This document shows, in pieces, positions 48,036-64,000 of a DNA stretch of 64,000 nucleotides (positions within the stretch are counted from its first letter, which is position 1; each line of letters opens with the position of its first letter). This DNA comes from Podarcis vaucheri (taxonomy: Eukaryota): the NCBI GenBank assembly GCA_965113315.1, contig OZ220367.1. The stretch is one strand, 5' to 3'. The position numbers were made by a program, and so were the translations under genes. The notes under the pieces are model-generated. The model had not been told where the DNA came from, ran no database searches, and saw only the letters and a program-made list of their open reading frames with translations.

Positions 48036-49905
48036 ATACAAACAGATCTTTAAAGGCCCTGGACATATAAAAAGTTGGCACCACACAAGCCTGGAGTGGG
48101 GGTATTTCAAAGATGAATGCTGCTGTAGGAAGGCTCTTTCTCTGCTCATCACCTGCCTTGTTTCTGATGTCGGGCTCAGGAGGGCTACTGAGGAAGATCT
48201 CAACATTCAGGCAGTTTCAAGAGCTCATATCACCTGACCACTCTGGGCTATGAACCAACAGCCTGCCTCACAAAGCAATAGTTAGCCAGCAATGTAACAC
48301 ACAACACACAAACGCAAACAAACATCTGTGGTAATTTGCATAACTGTTCATCTAATGTGTTTTAAAAAAACATGTAGGAAGACACAGGTTAAAGTTTCCA
48401 GGTAGTATATATTTCAGAACTCTGCATCTTATGGTGCTGACCAGCAGGAGCGTACATATGTTATGAAAGAAACGGGGGGAATAAAATGAATATGCCACAT
48501 TTCGTTTCATTCATTTCAGTTAAAATGGCACAAACACTTTAAAGTACTATGTTTTCGGCTGTCTCAAGGTTTTGTTTCTCTGTCCAGCCACACTAGCTTG
48601 GTGCATTTGTTCATGATCACAAATCACAAACTTCTGCCTGTCTTCCAAAGCTACAAGATATTTCAAATGCTACCCTCCAAAACTGTTCTCTTGATATATG
48701 TAACATCTGGGATGTTATAGTGTTAAGGAGGTATGTAGACAAATGTTAAACAGGGAGGGGGAGGAGAAGTCAGACATATCTTCCCAGTCAGCATCCTAAA
48801 ACTTTCTCACTGACCTGAGGGGGGAAACTGAAAATATAGAAAGGAGGAGTGTGGGAGAGAAGCAGAAGTTCTATGGAAAAAATAATTCCGCTGACCACCC
48901 GGGAGAGCAATGTGAGATTAAAAGCACAATAGCTCATTTCAGACATCATGCCAAATCATGGTTTTCATTAAACATATTCCAATGTTTGCAACTTCCAAGC
49001 ATACAAAAGGCAAGTCACTGCAAGCTCCTTATCCATTTTTGTTTTCTCAGAGCAATCCGTTCCTACATTCCCTACTCTTCCTGTGGCTCAGCAGCCTCTA
49101 AACTAGAAGTTGCTAACCTGTGATCCTACAGTTGTAGACTCCAGTAGCCATCTGCTCCAGCCAGCATGGCCAGTGGTCAGGGATGATGGGAGTCCAACAA
49201 CATCTGGAGGGCCAGAGGTTAGCCATTTCTGCTCTAGATGAGTCTAGAGACAGAGTGGTGTCTATAAAATCAAGCATCACACCAACCCAAGATTAGCATA
49301 AACCATGGATTGCAATCCCACTTCCAGCAACAGTTTCTAATTCTGGGTTGTCAGCTAATTACAAACCATGATTTGGCATGATATCTGAATTGAGTCAATG
49401 TCACCCTTTACTGTATATCTGCCTAAAAAGAGAGATTAAGAGGGTGAGTGGAAACCAAAGAAAGCAGGTAGCTGAAACCATGCAGGTGATCTGGTGTGAA
49501 CAGCACAGAGTAATCCGGGGTAGCAAGAGTAGAAGTTTGTGTGAATGGACACTCCATAAGAAATATTCCATTTAGCAGCACCATGGAATATGACCAAGCC
49601 CATGCTCCCCTGAGCCCTGAAGAAGTGTGGCAGCTCTTTTGGAAAAAGTGGCATTGCCACCACTTGTTCTTTCAATAAACAGGACTTTGTATGAATACAT
49701 CAGCCACAAGGATGTTAAATTTTCATTCACCTTCTCCTATCAATAGCGTAAAATATTTTCTCGCTGCCCGCTTGCAAACGAACCTTGTTTAGGTACCATC
49801 AAAAAACAGACACCCAACCAGAGACAAAATGAAGACATTCTTCTAAGCCACTGCCCAAATACTGCTGAGTAAAACAACACAAATCCACCTTTGGATTGAA
49901 CGGTC

Positions 49906-62818
<12,913 letters not shown>

Positions 62819-62993
62819 CTGCTAGCATGAGAGAGAGAAGGATAGGCAAGTGATTAAGCAGGAAGATTCCTTCCCTCCCATCCTATGATCCTGAATACTA
62901 CACACAGTCCAAGAGGTGAACACTCCCAATTATCTTCCAGAAGTGTCTCTGGGCAATAAATCTTTCGAGAGCGACAGCTTAGATGCCTTATAG

Positions 62994-63129
62994 CAGGCAC
63001 CCTCAAACTTGGCCCTCTAGCTGTTTTGGGACTACAATTCCCATCATCCCTGATCACTGGTCCTGTTAGCTAGGGATGATGGGAGTTGTAGTCCCAAAAC
63101 AGCTGGAGGTCCGAATTTGGGGATGCCTA
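62994..63129. mobile_element. Palindromic hAT MITE
   Basis: Same family; TSD ccttatag / ccctatag. Confidence 0.85.
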
Positions 63130-64000
63130 CCCTATAGCCTTCTGCTGTAGGGCAAAGCCAGGAGGTCCCGATTACTCCAAACCATGACAATGACTTTATA
63201 TTAAAACACAGCAGCTACAATGTCAAGCCCAAGTCAAACACTTTTAAATGCTGTTTATTTTAATGAGACCAAGTTAAGCTTGTGTTTCATGCATGCACTT
63301 AAACGAATGAAAATTAAATGCACAAATATAATATGATAATAAATAAGTTGGAAAACACCAGCAATGTGCTGCCTCAGATAGTTTTGGGGGTTTTTTTGCA
63401 TTTGAAGAGAAAAGTCAGCACTGAAATCAAATCTCAGAATCTCCACTTTATTCCTTTTCATATTATCATGTTTCTAACCTCCCTAGTTGCACAAGAGAGG
63501 CTGGAAGAATATGTCTTTTTTAATTTATTATCTAAACCTATGAAGACTGTGGGGCAGTTTACAATGTAGCATAATAACAGACAAAAACAATGCCCCCCCC
63601 CCACATATTATTTCATTCATGTTTTCCCTAAAGGCTTCAGCCAGAAACTGGCAAGGAGATAACAAGCCTGCATTCATTACATCATCCAAGTCCTCCCCAA
63701 CTTCAATCTTCTTATAGCAGCTTTCCATTACTCCCCCTCTGCGTTTAGCACAGAAGCTCCTGTGTATATACTGCTATAAGGAATCATGGAATAGTGAAGG
63801 GAGCAGACTGCAGCATTTAGGGATAGGAAACCCGTGCCTGAGCTGAACCACTTTAGACTGCAGGTGGGAGCTTATCTAAACGAAGTCATCACCCTACAAA
63901 ATAAACAGATTACTGCATATAGAAAACAGGGAGGAGGCTAGGCTAGTCTCCTTTGTTTACTAGTTTTAGACTCACAGAGAATCTGGGAGTCCCCACCAGC

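Overview
Vertebrate genomic DNA, very probably a lacertid lizard (inferred from six Sauria/Squam1-type SINEs with ACCTTT tails, a Squam3-like CORE SINE, and CR1/L2/RTE/L1 debris). Two spliced protein-coding genes lie in tandem on the minus strand. (1) ZSWIM8, the substrate adaptor of the cullin-RING ligase for target-directed microRNA degradation: CpG-island promoter at about 42.5-43.5 kb, start ATG at 42016, and 18 coding exons (3629 nt, all GT-AG with consistent phases) down to 701; the 3' end is off the left edge. (2) A neurotrypsin/PRSS12-like mosaic serine protease: the last 8 exons (two SRCR domains, an RKKR|IIGG activation site and an intact trypsin domain) at 49906-62818; the 5' end is off the right edge. 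Its position beside ZSWIM8 suggests a whole-genome-duplication paralogue of PRSS12 rather than PRSS12 itself (inference). Other points of interest: a uORF-rich ZSWIM8 leader, a degenerate last SRCR domain, candidate Pro/Ser/Thr micro-exons, inverted SINE pairs around protease-gene exons, a decayed DIRS retrotransposon, two candidate solo LTRs and several DNA-transposon MITE families. No prokaryotic features are present. All coordinates were read by hand.
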